DNA of 64,000 bases from Candidatus Levyibacteriota bacterium (lineage in GTDB: Bacteria; Patescibacteriota; Microgenomatia; Levybacterales; UBA12049), in the NCBI GenBank assembly GCA_027459725.1, contig DAIDHK010000001.1, positions 131,411-195,410 on the forward strand. The letters are read 5' to 3'. Made by a program: the position numbers and the translations under genes. The notes beneath the pieces were generated by a model. It did no database searches. It saw only the letters and a list, made by a program, of their open reading frames with translations, and was not told where the DNA came from. This document shows positions 19,934 through 29,211 of the stretch, piece by piece. The stretch's first letter is position 1. The number at the start of each line of letters is the position of its first letter.

Positions 19934-20778
19934 AAATTTTTATATACCTCCAAACAATAATCGATGACCTCTCCAGAAATATTCACTCCCGTTGGCTCTT
20001 CAGAATTCTTAAATTCCATAGTATGATTTATTTCATTGACCAAATATCCTTCGTCTGTTTCAAAAATATCCAGAGCCAGAATACCACCACCAACTGCATT
20101 TGAAGCATTACCGGCTAAAGTACGTAATGCTTTATTTAATTTACAATTTAAAGCTTCCCCTCCCCTGGCTGTATTAGTAATCCAATGCTCTGACTTACGA
20201 TAAATTGCACAAACCGCCTTCCCGTTTATTACGAACACTCTGATATCTCTACCTGGTTTTCTAATATACTGCTGGATATAGAGCGACTTCTGCTGTGGAG
20301 AACCGAGTACATCTTTATGTTCAATCAGCGCTTCTAAACTATCAGTATCATTCACTTTGGCTAATAGCCTACCCCATGAACCCAAGTTTGGTTTGATAAC
20401 TACTGGGTAACCTCCCATTTGCTCAATTGCTAATCGCGCTTCTTCAACCCCAAATACTAATGCAAATTTTGGTGTTGAAATTTTATTCTTCTGTAAAACT
20501 AGAGATGTCAAAAACTTATCCTCACAAATACTCGCTACTTTTGATGAGTTTATGACTTTAACACCCTGTGACTCTAAAAACTTAGTAGCATAGCCGCCTT
20601 TAACAGTAGACACACAACGTTCTAATGCTAAATCAAATTCTGTAGTATAAGTTAACGGATTAAAGACTACATTACGGACGTCAATTAATCTTATATTTAA
20701 CTTACGCTTTTTTGCAGCATCTAAAAGTAGTTTTTCATCAGCACGGATTAGAGTATGTAAAATACCGAGAGTAAGCAT
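19930..20778 (-). CDS. lysX: Alpha-aminoadipate--LysW ligase LysX (RimK-type ATP-grasp)
   Basis: KPNLGSWGRLL, KPGRDIR, HWITNTARGG, NEINHTMEFKNS (LysX-type rather than ArgX-type FKGF). Confidence 0.92.
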   Translation of the reverse strand: MLTLGILHTLIRADEKLLLDAAKKRKLNIRLIDVRNVVFNPLTYTTEFDLALERCVSTVKGGYATKFLESQGVKVINSSKVASICEDKFLTSLVLQKNKISTPKFALVFGVEEARLAIEQMGGYPVVIKPNLGSWGRLLAKVNDTDSLEALIEHKDVLGSPQQKSLYIQQYIRKPGRDIRVFVINGKAVCAIYRKSEHWITNTARGGEALNCKLNKALRTLAGNASNAVGGGILALDIFETDEGYLVNEINHTMEFKNSEEPTGVNISGEVIDYCLEVYKNL

Positions 20779-20802
20779 ATATTTATGTGTATTTGTGGTG
20801 TC

Positions 20803-20985
20803 TTACTCTCCCCAATCCTCCTCAACTTCAGGAGCCTCTTTTAAGACAGCTTTATTGTCGTTCAAATTGTCTATTACCAGACGTGATTTACAATCTGCAC
20901 ATGAAATAACTTCGGCAACCTGAGTTGAAGGAACCAACTTAGTTGTAGCATCACATACAGGACATACTGCAAGAATATTTTTCAT
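20803..20985 (-). CDS. lysW: Amino-group carrier protein LysW
   Basis: CPVC...CADC zinc ribbon and diagnostic C-terminal EEDWGE. Confidence 0.95.
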   Translation of the reverse strand: MKNILAVCPVCDATTKLVPSTQVAEVISCADCKSRLVIDNLNDNKAVLKEAPEVEEDWGE

Positions 20986-20994
20986 AATAATTCC

Positions 20995-21022
20995 ATTATA
21001 TTATTTGATTTTCTATAGTCAA
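20995..21022 (-). promoter_or_regulatory. Promoter of the lysW operon
   Basis: TTGACT-16-TATAAT, 9 nt before the lysW ATG. Confidence 0.65.
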
Positions 21023-21056
21023 TTTATTCACAATATTTGACAATTATTTTAATTAA

Positions 21057-21072
21057 TGTTACATATGTAACA
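21057..21072. promoter_or_regulatory. Perfect 16-bp palindrome, candidate operator
   Basis: TGTTACATATGTAACA directly before ATG 21073 and 14 nt downstream of TTGACA (21037-21042). Confidence 0.6.
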
Positions 21073-21723
21073 ATGATTACTACTACTGAAATAGTAAAGG
21101 ATATTATTCAAACTTCACCTCTGTTGGAAGATGGTCTGGCAAAAGGCATTATTAGTTACTCAGCTCTAGCAAGAGATATTAAACCAATTATTGAAAGAAG
21201 ATTATTAAAAAAAGTTACAAGAGGCGCTATCGTCATGGCTATTAAAAGATCAAGTATAAATTTAAAAAGAAGCAAAAAGCTTATAGAGAATATAGTAAGC
21301 TTAAGTAGCCTTACTGTAAGATCCAATCTTATCGAGTTGACATATCAAAACTCAGATACAATAGTTGAAAAACACAAAAAACTTTTTCTTTTGGCAGAGA
21401 AAAAAAATAATGCATTATATACCCTTTCTCAAGGTATTAGAGAAAGTATGATAGTGGTGGATGCCAATTTGGAGCATGATGTAGAAAATATATTGCTGGA
21501 TGAAAAACTTATTAAAAAAATTAGAAACTTATCCTCAATCACAATACTATTGTCCAAAGATACAGTTAATATTCCTGGAGTCTACTATTCTATCCTGAAA
21601 CTATTAGCATGGAACAGCATTAGTGTTGTTGATGTTGTATCAACTCTATCAGAGCTAACTATTGTTCTGGAAGACGCCTATGTGGATAAGGCGTTCTCCC
21701 TACTTAAAAACTACAATCTTTAG
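21073..21723 (+). CDS. HTH + ACT-domain protein, probable amino-acid responsive regulator (often mislabelled aspartate kinase)
   Basis: GIISYSALARDIKP helical N-terminus; C-terminal ACT-like PGVYYSILKLLAWNSISVVDVVSTLSELTIVL; no kinase domain; divergent from lysW. Confidence 0.75.
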   Translation: MITTTEIVKDIIQTSPLLEDGLAKGIISYSALARDIKPIIERRLLKKVTRGAIVMAIKRSSINLKRSKKLIENIVSLSSLTVRSNLIELTYQNSDTIVEKHKKLFLLAEKKNNALYTLSQGIRESMIVVDANLEHDVENILLDEKLIKKIRNLSSITILLSKDTVNIPGVYYSILKLLAWNSISVVDVVSTLSELTIVLEDAYVDKAFSLLKNYNL

Positions 21724-21734
21724 AAAAAATAGCT

Positions 21735-22688
21735 TTAAATTAGCGGGTCAATAACAACATAATTATTTTCAGGATCATGTAATCCATTTTTCTTGATCAT
21801 AACATTACCCCAATTTATATCATAATGTTGAAAGGACGGAGACCAATACCTATCTTTAATAGGATCAATAATTTTTTTAGCGGCTATTGCGATCTTAGGA
21901 ATTGAATCAAAAGCAAAATCCCAAACTCCATCGATAATTCTATCATCCTTTTCCAACACACCAGATCTCTGCAACTTCTCATAGTCATCAATTATTTGTG
22001 CAATAGTATAACCTTCTATATTCTCCTGAATTAGTATTTCACTAGATCCTAAATATACCTCGGGGACAGGTATGCCATTTTCTCCTAAATGACGCAAGGC
22101 AATATAATTTCCTAAGCCAGTTACTCCACTAAGATTCCATTCTTTTCCTGTTGTATCATCTTCATATTTTTTCCTGCCTACAGATGCTTTCCATCTTTGT
22201 TCTGAATAAGGAAATGCAAAGTTAAAGTACTTTATACAAAGATCAGGATAAGCTCGTTCTACAGTCTTAGGAGAGAAGCCTACTGCACCGTATCCACCAC
22301 CTCTAAAATTAGAAAAGCTGATAGAACCAGAACATACACTGTTTAAGAATAGCTTTAGTATTTCTCCAGCCTTTCTTCTATTTGTTAAATTTACCACCAA
22401 TCTATCCAGTACTACTTTATATCCCTCTTTCCTCGAGACATCCCGAACTGCATAACCATGTACTGCATTGGTTATCATGCAATCCACATGACCACCTTTA
22501 GAAAAATACATTAAATCTAAAGACTCCGGTGCAGTTGAAGATAACCTAGACAAATCGACTGAGTCTACTCTATCCACTGGAGTGTCTGCCATAAAAACAT
22601 TATATGGCCTAGCTTTTGGGCTCTTATGATGAAACTCACTTCTGGCCCGGGCGAACTCTGCTGGAATTTCTCTACCTTCTATCTCCAT
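21735..22688 (-). CDS. Protein-kinase-like fold hypothetical protein
   Basis: GGGYGAV loop, CIKY Lys, GIPVPEVY, QENIEG hinge, HYDINWGNVM catalytic loop, VVIDP. Confidence 0.7.
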   Translation of the reverse strand: MEIEGREIPAEFARARSEFHHKSPKARPYNVFMADTPVDRVDSVDLSRLSSTAPESLDLMYFSKGGHVDCMITNAVHGYAVRDVSRKEGYKVVLDRLVVNLTNRRKAGEILKLFLNSVCSGSISFSNFRGGGYGAVGFSPKTVERAYPDLCIKYFNFAFPYSEQRWKASVGRKKYEDDTTGKEWNLSGVTGLGNYIALRHLGENGIPVPEVYLGSSEILIQENIEGYTIAQIIDDYEKLQRSGVLEKDDRIIDGVWDFAFDSIPKIAIAAKKIIDPIKDRYWSPSFQHYDINWGNVMIKKNGLHDPENNYVVIDPLI

Positions 22689-22740
22689 AGCTACAACTAA
22701 GGAGGCATTTTATCATATCCTTATATCTTTATGATAAATT

Positions 22741-23706
22741 TTATTTAACCTTGAGGATTTGCACTTCAGGCTCGGGGGTAAAATTAAATGTTTGTGTAAA
22801 CCTATCCTGAATTGCATTAATAATAGTCAAAACATCTTCTGCTTTTGCATTACCCATATTGGATATGTAATTATTATGTTTCTCCGAAACTTGCGCACCT
22901 CCTACTTTATATCCAGCAAAACCTAAGCGACCAATAATATATGCCATGGAAACTTTTCCATACCATTTTGTTTTAACAAGTAACTCTACGTCAGGCCATA
23001 CTTGAATTATTCTTTGTACTTGATCCAATTGATTAATATTCTTAAACACCGAACCGCAAGAAGGATACTCAAGGGGATGATGTGATTTACGATAATCTAT
23101 ATTAGTCTGACAAATTTCCTTTTGTTTTTCAATTTCAATTGCGTCAGCCTTTTGTAATTTAAAAGTAGCAGTAACAATTATTAAGTTAGGATTATGTTTA
23201 AAATAACTATCCCGATAAGCAAACTCGCATTGTGATTGATCAATAGTCTGCAGTTTTAATTGGGGATCTGAGAGATCTATATAACCTACAGTACTAATAG
23301 TATCTTTTATTTCCGACCCAAAACACCCCGCATTTCCTCTTACGGCTCCCCCTACCGTGCTGGGCAATCCACCCGCCCAGGCCAGACCCGCCAAATTGTG
23401 CGTAAAAGAGAAATCTATTAAATCAGCAATTTTAACTCCTGCAAAAGCCACTATATATTTCCCATCAATCTGCAAAGATGAGTTGTCGCCTGTTATATGT
23501 AAAACTACACCATCCAAATCTTCATCTGGCAAAAGCAAATTACATCCAAGACCCAAGATATAGACCGGAGAAAGTTTATTAATTTTTATAAACTCTAATG
23601 CTTCTATAACCTCCTCTATAGAAGAAGCTTCAATAAAAATTTTAGCATTACCTCCTATACCATAGTAGGTAATTTTGGAGAGATTTATATCTTGCTTTAC
23701 TTCCAT
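22741..23706 (-). CDS. murB: UDP-N-acetylmuramate dehydrogenase
   Basis: YGIGGNA, LGLGCNLL, PSTVGGAVRGNAG, FAYRDS, PSCGSVFKN, GGAQVSEKHNN, EPEV. Confidence 0.96.
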   Translation of the reverse strand: MEVKQDINLSKITYYGIGGNAKIFIEASSIEEVIEALEFIKINKLSPVYILGLGCNLLLPDEDLDGVVLHITGDNSSLQIDGKYIVAFAGVKIADLIDFSFTHNLAGLAWAGGLPSTVGGAVRGNAGCFGSEIKDTISTVGYIDLSDPQLKLQTIDQSQCEFAYRDSYFKHNPNLIIVTATFKLQKADAIEIEKQKEICQTNIDYRKSHHPLEYPSCGSVFKNINQLDQVQRIIQVWPDVELLVKTKWYGKVSMAYIIGRLGFAGYKVGGAQVSEKHNNYISNMGNAKAEDVLTIINAIQDRFTQTFNFTPEPEVQILKVK

Positions 23707-23789
23707 ATATTTTAAGAAATCAGAGAGGGTGACTAATTAACTTTAACAGTAGTATAACAAATATTAAGTTAACTGAAAAATTAGTGGCT

Positions 23790-24266
23790 TTATTGAATAG
23801 ATACAACAGTATAAACTACTTTCCCTGCCGGTGCTTCAACTTCCACTGTCTCACCCATTCCTTTCCCTAAAAGGGCTTTGCCTAAAGGCGATTCGTGTGA
23901 AATCTTTCTAGCAATTGGATCGGCTTCCCACTCTCCTACAAGAGTATAAGTTTCAGTTTTACCATCTATTTTAAGATTAACCCTTGAACCTATGGCTATG
24001 CTTTTATCCTTACCCTTAACGGAACCTTCCTCCTTAACTACTATTGCTTTTTTAATCAGCTCTTCAATCTCCTCAATCCTTCCATCAATAAAACTCAATT
24101 CCTCACGTGCAGCTGAATATTCTGCATTCTCCGATAAATCACCCATGTCACGAGCATCAGAAACACGATCAACTATTTGAGGTCTTTTAACCTTTACCAA
24201 CTCCTCGTATTCTTTTTTAAGTTCTTCCAAACCTTCTTGTGTCAGTAAAACTTTTTTGTTATCCAT
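23790..24266 (-). CDS. greA: Transcription elongation factor GreA
   Basis: LTQEG, ARDMGDLSENAEY, KISHESPLGKALLG; start set at MDNKK. Confidence 0.97.
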   Translation of the reverse strand: MDNKKVLLTQEGLEELKKEYEELVKVKRPQIVDRVSDARDMGDLSENAEYSAAREELSFIDGRIEEIEELIKKAIVVKEEGSVKGKDKSIAIGSRVNLKIDGKTETYTLVGEWEADPIARKISHESPLGKALLGKGMGETVEVEAPAGKVVYTVVSIQ

Positions 24267-24325
24267 ATTATTTATTAAAAAACTCTCCATTAATTTAAAA
24301 CTGGGAGAGATGTATAATCTCTGCG

Positions 24326-24354
24326 AGTATAAATAATACCGTTTTCATTGTCAA
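24326..24354 (-). promoter_or_regulatory. greA promoter
   Basis: TTGACA-17-TATACT on the minus strand. Confidence 0.8.
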
Positions 24355-24364
24355 TGTCCCATAA

Positions 24365-25249
24365 TTATATATTTTTCACATTTTTTTCACGAATATTATA
24401 TTGGTTTATTACTCTTATCCTATAATCTTTAGGATGAAAGGCAGCCATATGAGCGTTAACTATTTCCGTAGTTTTATGTCGATTTATTAGCATGAACTGT
24501 ATCCACCGGGAGGGATATTCGAAAATGGCTATTATATAACACAGTACAGAATTAATAATATCTCCTCTCCCATTCATATTAAACTCTAGATGCGGATTGT
24601 AGTTAGCTAAATATTTAGCATACCAGATATTTGAAAAAAGCAACTTACGGTAGAAATTAGCTCTATCAAATAGTGGTTTAAGTTGAATTAATTCATAAGC
24701 AGTATAAAGATCCTGATGATTTTTACTAAAGTCAAGATTTGCTTCGTCCATAAAAAAATTCAGACAAATACTGTCAGGAGCATATTTCACGCTGCGCTTA
24801 CGTCTCCTCTTTAAAAATTGCAATATTATTAAGGATAAAAGTCTGGAGATCCATAACCTATTCCTGGCAGTAATTATAAACAAATCGACGTCAGCATTAA
24901 AATCTGCATTTTCCCTGGCAAGACTGCCGCTTAGACCGATAAATTTAATTGTAGGAATTTTAGCAATAATTTTGATTACTCCTATAGCAGAATTTAATTT
25001 ATTCTGACTGATTGAAAATCTGTTTTTACGTACGGAGATGATTTTTTGCCTGTTTTTCAGACAATAAAAAGGACGCCTATATTCAATATTTTCTAGTTTG
25101 ACTCCATCTAATTCGTCTTTAAAATACTGCCAGCTGACAGGAATTGGAGTTATTAGATATTTAAAGATTTCCTTTTCTGTTAGCGGATAATCAAATATAT
25201 CGCTGTATTTTAATGTCTGAATTATTGCCAGCTTTAGATTTGTGTTCAT
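24365..25249 (-). CDS. Nucleotidyltransferase-domain protein
   Basis: YSDIFDYPLT, GLSGSLA...ADVDLFII (GS..DxD), CLNFF, DLYTAYE. Confidence 0.75.
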   Translation of the reverse strand: MNTNLKLAIIQTLKYSDIFDYPLTEKEIFKYLITPIPVSWQYFKDELDGVKLENIEYRRPFYCLKNRQKIISVRKNRFSISQNKLNSAIGVIKIIAKIPTIKFIGLSGSLARENADFNADVDLFIITARNRLWISRLLSLIILQFLKRRRKRSVKYAPDSICLNFFMDEANLDFSKNHQDLYTAYELIQLKPLFDRANFYRKLLFSNIWYAKYLANYNPHLEFNMNGRGDIINSVLCYIIAIFEYPSRWIQFMLINRHKTTEIVNAHMAAFHPKDYRIRVINQYNIREKNVKNI

Positions 25250-25293
25250 AATTTAAGCACTATTATGCCACAAGCGAACTAATTAGCAATAAT

Positions 25294-26784
25294 TTATTGT
25301 ACGTATTGCTGTATAACCTGATTCACACCGTTAGCTAATACATTAACAGCATCAGAAAGAGAACCATTTGCTGCCAAATCATTTACTGCCTGTTTCAAAT
25401 AGCTATTGCTCTTATCATTAAGCCCATTATCATAGGTATTATCATTAAATATAGTGGAAACTGCGTCTGGACCCTGAACTTCAAATGGATAAAGCAAGGA
25501 ATTGGATTTGAGAGTAGTAGCTAAATCCATACGTGCATAAGGCTCTCCATATCCTCTGACTTTTGCAGCACTCGCATAAAATTCCTGTTGTGTAGTTTTT
25601 TGATTTAAGAAATTCATAAATTCCATCGCTTCTTGCATATGCTGACTGTGTATTGACACTCCCTCAACCCAATAGCTAGCTATTGTACGTTTCACTCCCA
25701 GATCAGAAGGCATAGGATATATCTGAAAATGCAGATTGGGATTTAACCTCTGAATGTTGGAAATATCCCATGAATAACCGATATACATTGCTAAATTGCC
25801 TGCAGCAAACATCTGTAAAGAACTAGGCAAAGTACTACTCCAGGTTGCATTACTACTATTGGTGAATTGCATGAAAAAATTCAATGCAGACTCTGCTCCA
25901 GATTGATTGGCTGAAATATTGGTGTAATCTACGTTGCTTTCGGATAATAATAACCCTAATATATCTGGGCCATTATTAATATTCTGTAAAGAACCTAATG
26001 CGATACCTGAGGTAGTAATAGTTCCATCTGAACCTTTAACTGTCATCTGCGGAGCATCCACTTGCACATCGTTCCAGTCAGACGGAATCTTAACTCCAGC
26101 CTTCTGAAATATTTCCGGGTTGACATACAATGCTAGCGTATCAAAATCCAGCGGAATTCCATAAATTGCCCCGTTATGAACTAAATCCTGACTCACTACG
26201 GGAAAATAAGTATTGCCGAAATCCTGAGGAGAAACCACAGATTGAGACATCGGGGCTAAAACTCCTGCTAATTCAGGGTACCAATTGTTATGAAACCTGA
26301 AAATGTCAGGACCGTTTCCCGCATTAATTCGTGCAATCAGGCGCTTTGGATATTCCTGGTTTTCGTTATATAGACTTTTGATATCCTGCAATTGGTAGTC
26401 AATGGTTATATTGGGATGCTCTTTCTCAAAAGAATCAATTACTGGCTGCATAATATTTTTATCATCCCATAAACCCCAGTAAACCAGAGTCACATGTCCC
26501 TGGTTTTGCTTATTCATATTTGGCAGAACTATGAATAAAATAACCCCTAAAACAATCACTAATAAAAGAATTCCTAAACCTAATTTAAATAAAATTCCCA
26601 GTGAGGATCGCGGCCTAGGCGGCGGCGGTGGAGTGGCTGGCGGAGGAGTCATCCAACTTTGGTTCTGCCGAAAAGCGCTCACTGGTTGAGACGAAGCAGG
26701 TTGAGCTGGAGCAGTAGGGACGGCACCTGAAATACTATTTGGAGCTGATACATTTTTAGGATCAAATAAAACATTTTCTGGCAT
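25294..26784 (-). CDS. Membrane-anchored extracellular solute-binding protein (sugar ABC type)
   Basis: Pro-rich N-terminus, TM, LVYWGLW, GPDIF, YGIPL..DTLALYVN, FAAGNLAMY. Confidence 0.85.
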   Translation of the reverse strand: MPENVLFDPKNVSAPNSISGAVPTAPAQPASSQPVSAFRQNQSWMTPPPATPPPPPRPRSSLGILFKLGLGILLLVIVLGVILFIVLPNMNKQNQGHVTLVYWGLWDDKNIMQPVIDSFEKEHPNITIDYQLQDIKSLYNENQEYPKRLIARINAGNGPDIFRFHNNWYPELAGVLAPMSQSVVSPQDFGNTYFPVVSQDLVHNGAIYGIPLDFDTLALYVNPEIFQKAGVKIPSDWNDVQVDAPQMTVKGSDGTITTSGIALGSLQNINNGPDILGLLLSESNVDYTNISANQSGAESALNFFMQFTNSSNATWSSTLPSSLQMFAAGNLAMYIGYSWDISNIQRLNPNLHFQIYPMPSDLGVKRTIASYWVEGVSIHSQHMQEAMEFMNFLNQKTTQQEFYASAAKVRGYGEPYARMDLATTLKSNSLLYPFEVQGPDAVSTIFNDNTYDNGLNDKSNSYLKQAVNDLAANGSLSDAVNVLANGVNQVIQQYVQ

Positions 26785-26835
26785 AATACTCTTTCTCTAT
26801 AGTATAATATTCTCCAACCTTCTGGCAAACTGTCT

Positions 26836-28260
26836 ATGAGATTAAAACCAACTCACTTACATCATCATGTAATTCATTTCTCCCGTATGATTTTCTGGTT
26901 CATGATAGGTGGAGTTCTGGGTTTGATATTTTTTGTAAGCTTCCTGCTTATATTCTATCAACATATATATTACCAAAAAGTCTATCCTGGTGTAATGATA
27001 AACGGAGTTAATTTTGAAGGACAAACACAAAATCAAGTCAGAAATTATTTTTTACAACAAAATGCTAAAATTGCTGATAATAAAGTTACTCTTACCTATA
27101 AAAATCAAATAGCCACAGCATCTGCCTCTCAATTACAACTGGGTTATAATGCCGACTTACTGGCACAACAAGCCATAAGCATCGGCCGTTCAGAAGATAT
27201 TTTCAGCAACGCAAGTTTATTATGGCAAGCTTATACCAGTAATGTTTCGTTGCCTCCTACCTATCAGTACGATCAACTGTCTTTAACTAACCTGTTAAAC
27301 CCATTGGAGAGGGACATAAACAAAAAGCCTGTTAATGCTTCCTTTACTATCATTAACTCGCATGTAACAGCTTTCCAATTGGCTCAATACGGACAAAAAG
27401 TAGATGATGCTCAAGTTTATCAGAATCTTCTATTACTGATTCCACAAATGCTGCGCCATCCCGAGGATAAATATGTAAAGTTTACTTTACCTGTTACAAC
27501 TCTTAAGCCTCAAGTCACCGACCAAAGTATGCAAAGTTATGGTATTACTCAGCTTATCGCCACAGGTACTTCATTATTTGCCGGATCAAATCCCAGTCGT
27601 GTATATAACATAGGCTTGGCCGCAAGCCGTTTAGACGGAACACTCGTTCCTCCTGGCCAAATATTCTCTTTCAATAAAGCAGTTGGCGATATCTCATCAC
27701 TGACGGGCTACAAACAAGCATATGTAATTTCTAATGGCCATACAGTATTAGGTGATGGAGGCGGAGTATGTCAGGTCTCGACTACTATGTTCAGAGCAAT
27801 TCTTAATGCAGGCTTACCAGTTGTGGAGAGACATGCTCATGATTATGAAGTTGATTATTATACCGAAGATGCACCATTAGGATTAGATGCTGCTATTTAT
27901 CAACCGACAGATGATCTGAAGTTCAAGAATGATACAGGTCATTATATCCTAATACATTCTATTTTCCAGCCTGAGGAAAATAGTTTAACCTTTGAATTCT
28001 ATGGTACTAGCGATGGTAGAAAGGTCAGTATTACGCAACCAGTAATAACCAATGTTCGACCTGCACCCCCACCTCTATATCAGAATGACCCCAATTTGCC
28101 AGCCGGAACGATACAGCAAACTGACTTTGCCGCTCCAGGCGCACATGTCTCTTTTACCCGGACTGTTACCAGAGATGGGAAAACTATTTATTTCGATACA
28201 TTCACATCAGATTATCAACCGTGGCAAGCTGTATACTTAAAAGGGACCAAAACAAATTAA
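26836..28260 (+). CDS. VanW family protein with peptidoglycan-binding and G5-like regions
   Basis: RVYNIGLAA, PGQIFSFN, GGGVCQVSTT, ERHAH, DLKFKNDT. Confidence 0.9.
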   Translation: MRLKPTHLHHHVIHFSRMIFWFMIGGVLGLIFFVSFLLIFYQHIYYQKVYPGVMINGVNFEGQTQNQVRNYFLQQNAKIADNKVTLTYKNQIATASASQLQLGYNADLLAQQAISIGRSEDIFSNASLLWQAYTSNVSLPPTYQYDQLSLTNLLNPLERDINKKPVNASFTIINSHVTAFQLAQYGQKVDDAQVYQNLLLLIPQMLRHPEDKYVKFTLPVTTLKPQVTDQSMQSYGITQLIATGTSLFAGSNPSRVYNIGLAASRLDGTLVPPGQIFSFNKAVGDISSLTGYKQAYVISNGHTVLGDGGGVCQVSTTMFRAILNAGLPVVERHAHDYEVDYYTEDAPLGLDAAIYQPTDDLKFKNDTGHYILIHSIFQPEENSLTFEFYGTSDGRKVSITQPVITNVRPAPPPLYQNDPNLPAGTIQQTDFAAPGAHVSFTRTVTRDGKTIYFDTFTSDYQPWQAVYLKGTKTN

Positions 28261-28261
28261 T

Positions 28262-28741
28262 ATGATTCTTTCTCTCCAGCAATTACAAAAACAAAATCTC
28301 CCAATTAAACCCAATAGAAAACTTATTTTAGTCGGAGGATGTTTTGATATTTTACACAGAGGCCACATTGAATTTATAAAAAAAGCCAAGATGCAGGGGG
28401 ATGTCTTAGTAGTTTTACTCGAAAGTGATAATTCTATTAGACAAAAAAAGGGGTCGAGTAGACCGATAAATTCTCAATTAGACCGGGCTGAATTTCTGCA
28501 AGAATTAAGAAGTGTTGATCATGTGGTCTTAATGCCTGAGAATACAACTAATCAAGATTACTATGAGGTGACCAAATTGCTAAAACCTGCTATAATCGCA
28601 ACTACTAAAGGGGATCCTGCAAGACGAGAAAAGGAATTATGTGCTAAGGCAGTCAACGGACAAGTTGTAGATGTCATTGACTATATAGCTGCCAAATCTT
28701 CATCTCGCATTGCTGATCTTCTTAAAAAAGAAGACTTATGA
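28262..28741 (+). CDS. Cytidylyltransferase-family nucleotidyltransferase (RfaE-II/TagD-like)
   Basis: GGCFDILHRGH, KGSSRPINSQLDRAE, SSSRI. Confidence 0.88.
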   Translation: MILSLQQLQKQNLPIKPNRKLILVGGCFDILHRGHIEFIKKAKMQGDVLVVLLESDNSIRQKKGSSRPINSQLDRAEFLQELRSVDHVVLMPENTTNQDYYEVTKLLKPAIIATTKGDPARREKELCAKAVNGQVVDVIDYIAAKSSSRIADLLKKEDL

Positions 28742-29211
28742 AAACAATTATTGGTTTGTTTGCGATATTGTTTGTTGTTATCATTATTACTGTGTCTGCT
28801 CTACACAGCAATAACTATAATCCCTTCACAACTAAATCTCCTATGATACAGATTGGAGATAAAACGTTCACTGTTGAAGAAGCAAAGACACAGGCAGCAT
28901 GGCAACAAGGACTATCTGGAAGAAAGAGTATGCCTGCTGATCAGGGTATGTTATTTATCTTCCCCCAGGCAGATTATCAGCAGTTTTGGATGAAGCAAAT
29001 GTTGTTTCCATTAGATATGGTTTTTATAAACAATGATAAAATAGTGACAATTCATCAAAATGTTCCCATACCCCCTGCCAATGCCAGCCTCAGTTCATTA
29101 CCAATTTATGCGTCAAGTGCACCAGCAAATTATGTTCTGGAGTTAAATGCAGGTACGGTTAAGAAAGATAATATAAAAGTTGGCGATAAAGTTACCTATT
29201 ATAACTTATGA
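28738..29211 (+). CDS. DUF192 family protein
   Basis: GLSGR, GMLFIF, FWMKQMLFPLDMVF, YVLELNAG. Confidence 0.9.
   Translation: MKTIIGLFAILFVVIIITVSALHSNNYNPFTTKSPMIQIGDKTFTVEEAKTQAAWQQGLSGRKSMPADQGMLFIFPQADYQQFWMKQMLFPLDMVFINNDKIVTIHQNVPIPPANASLSSLPIYASSAPANYVLELNAGTVKKDNIKVGDKVTYYNL

Noticed and set aside
21015-21036. ArgR box at the lysW promoter (TGTGAATAAAT)
   Set aside because: Only one half-site matches and no argR is in the window
21073-21723. Aspartate kinase
   Set aside because: No amino-acid kinase domain (no KFGG motif); only helical and ACT-like regions
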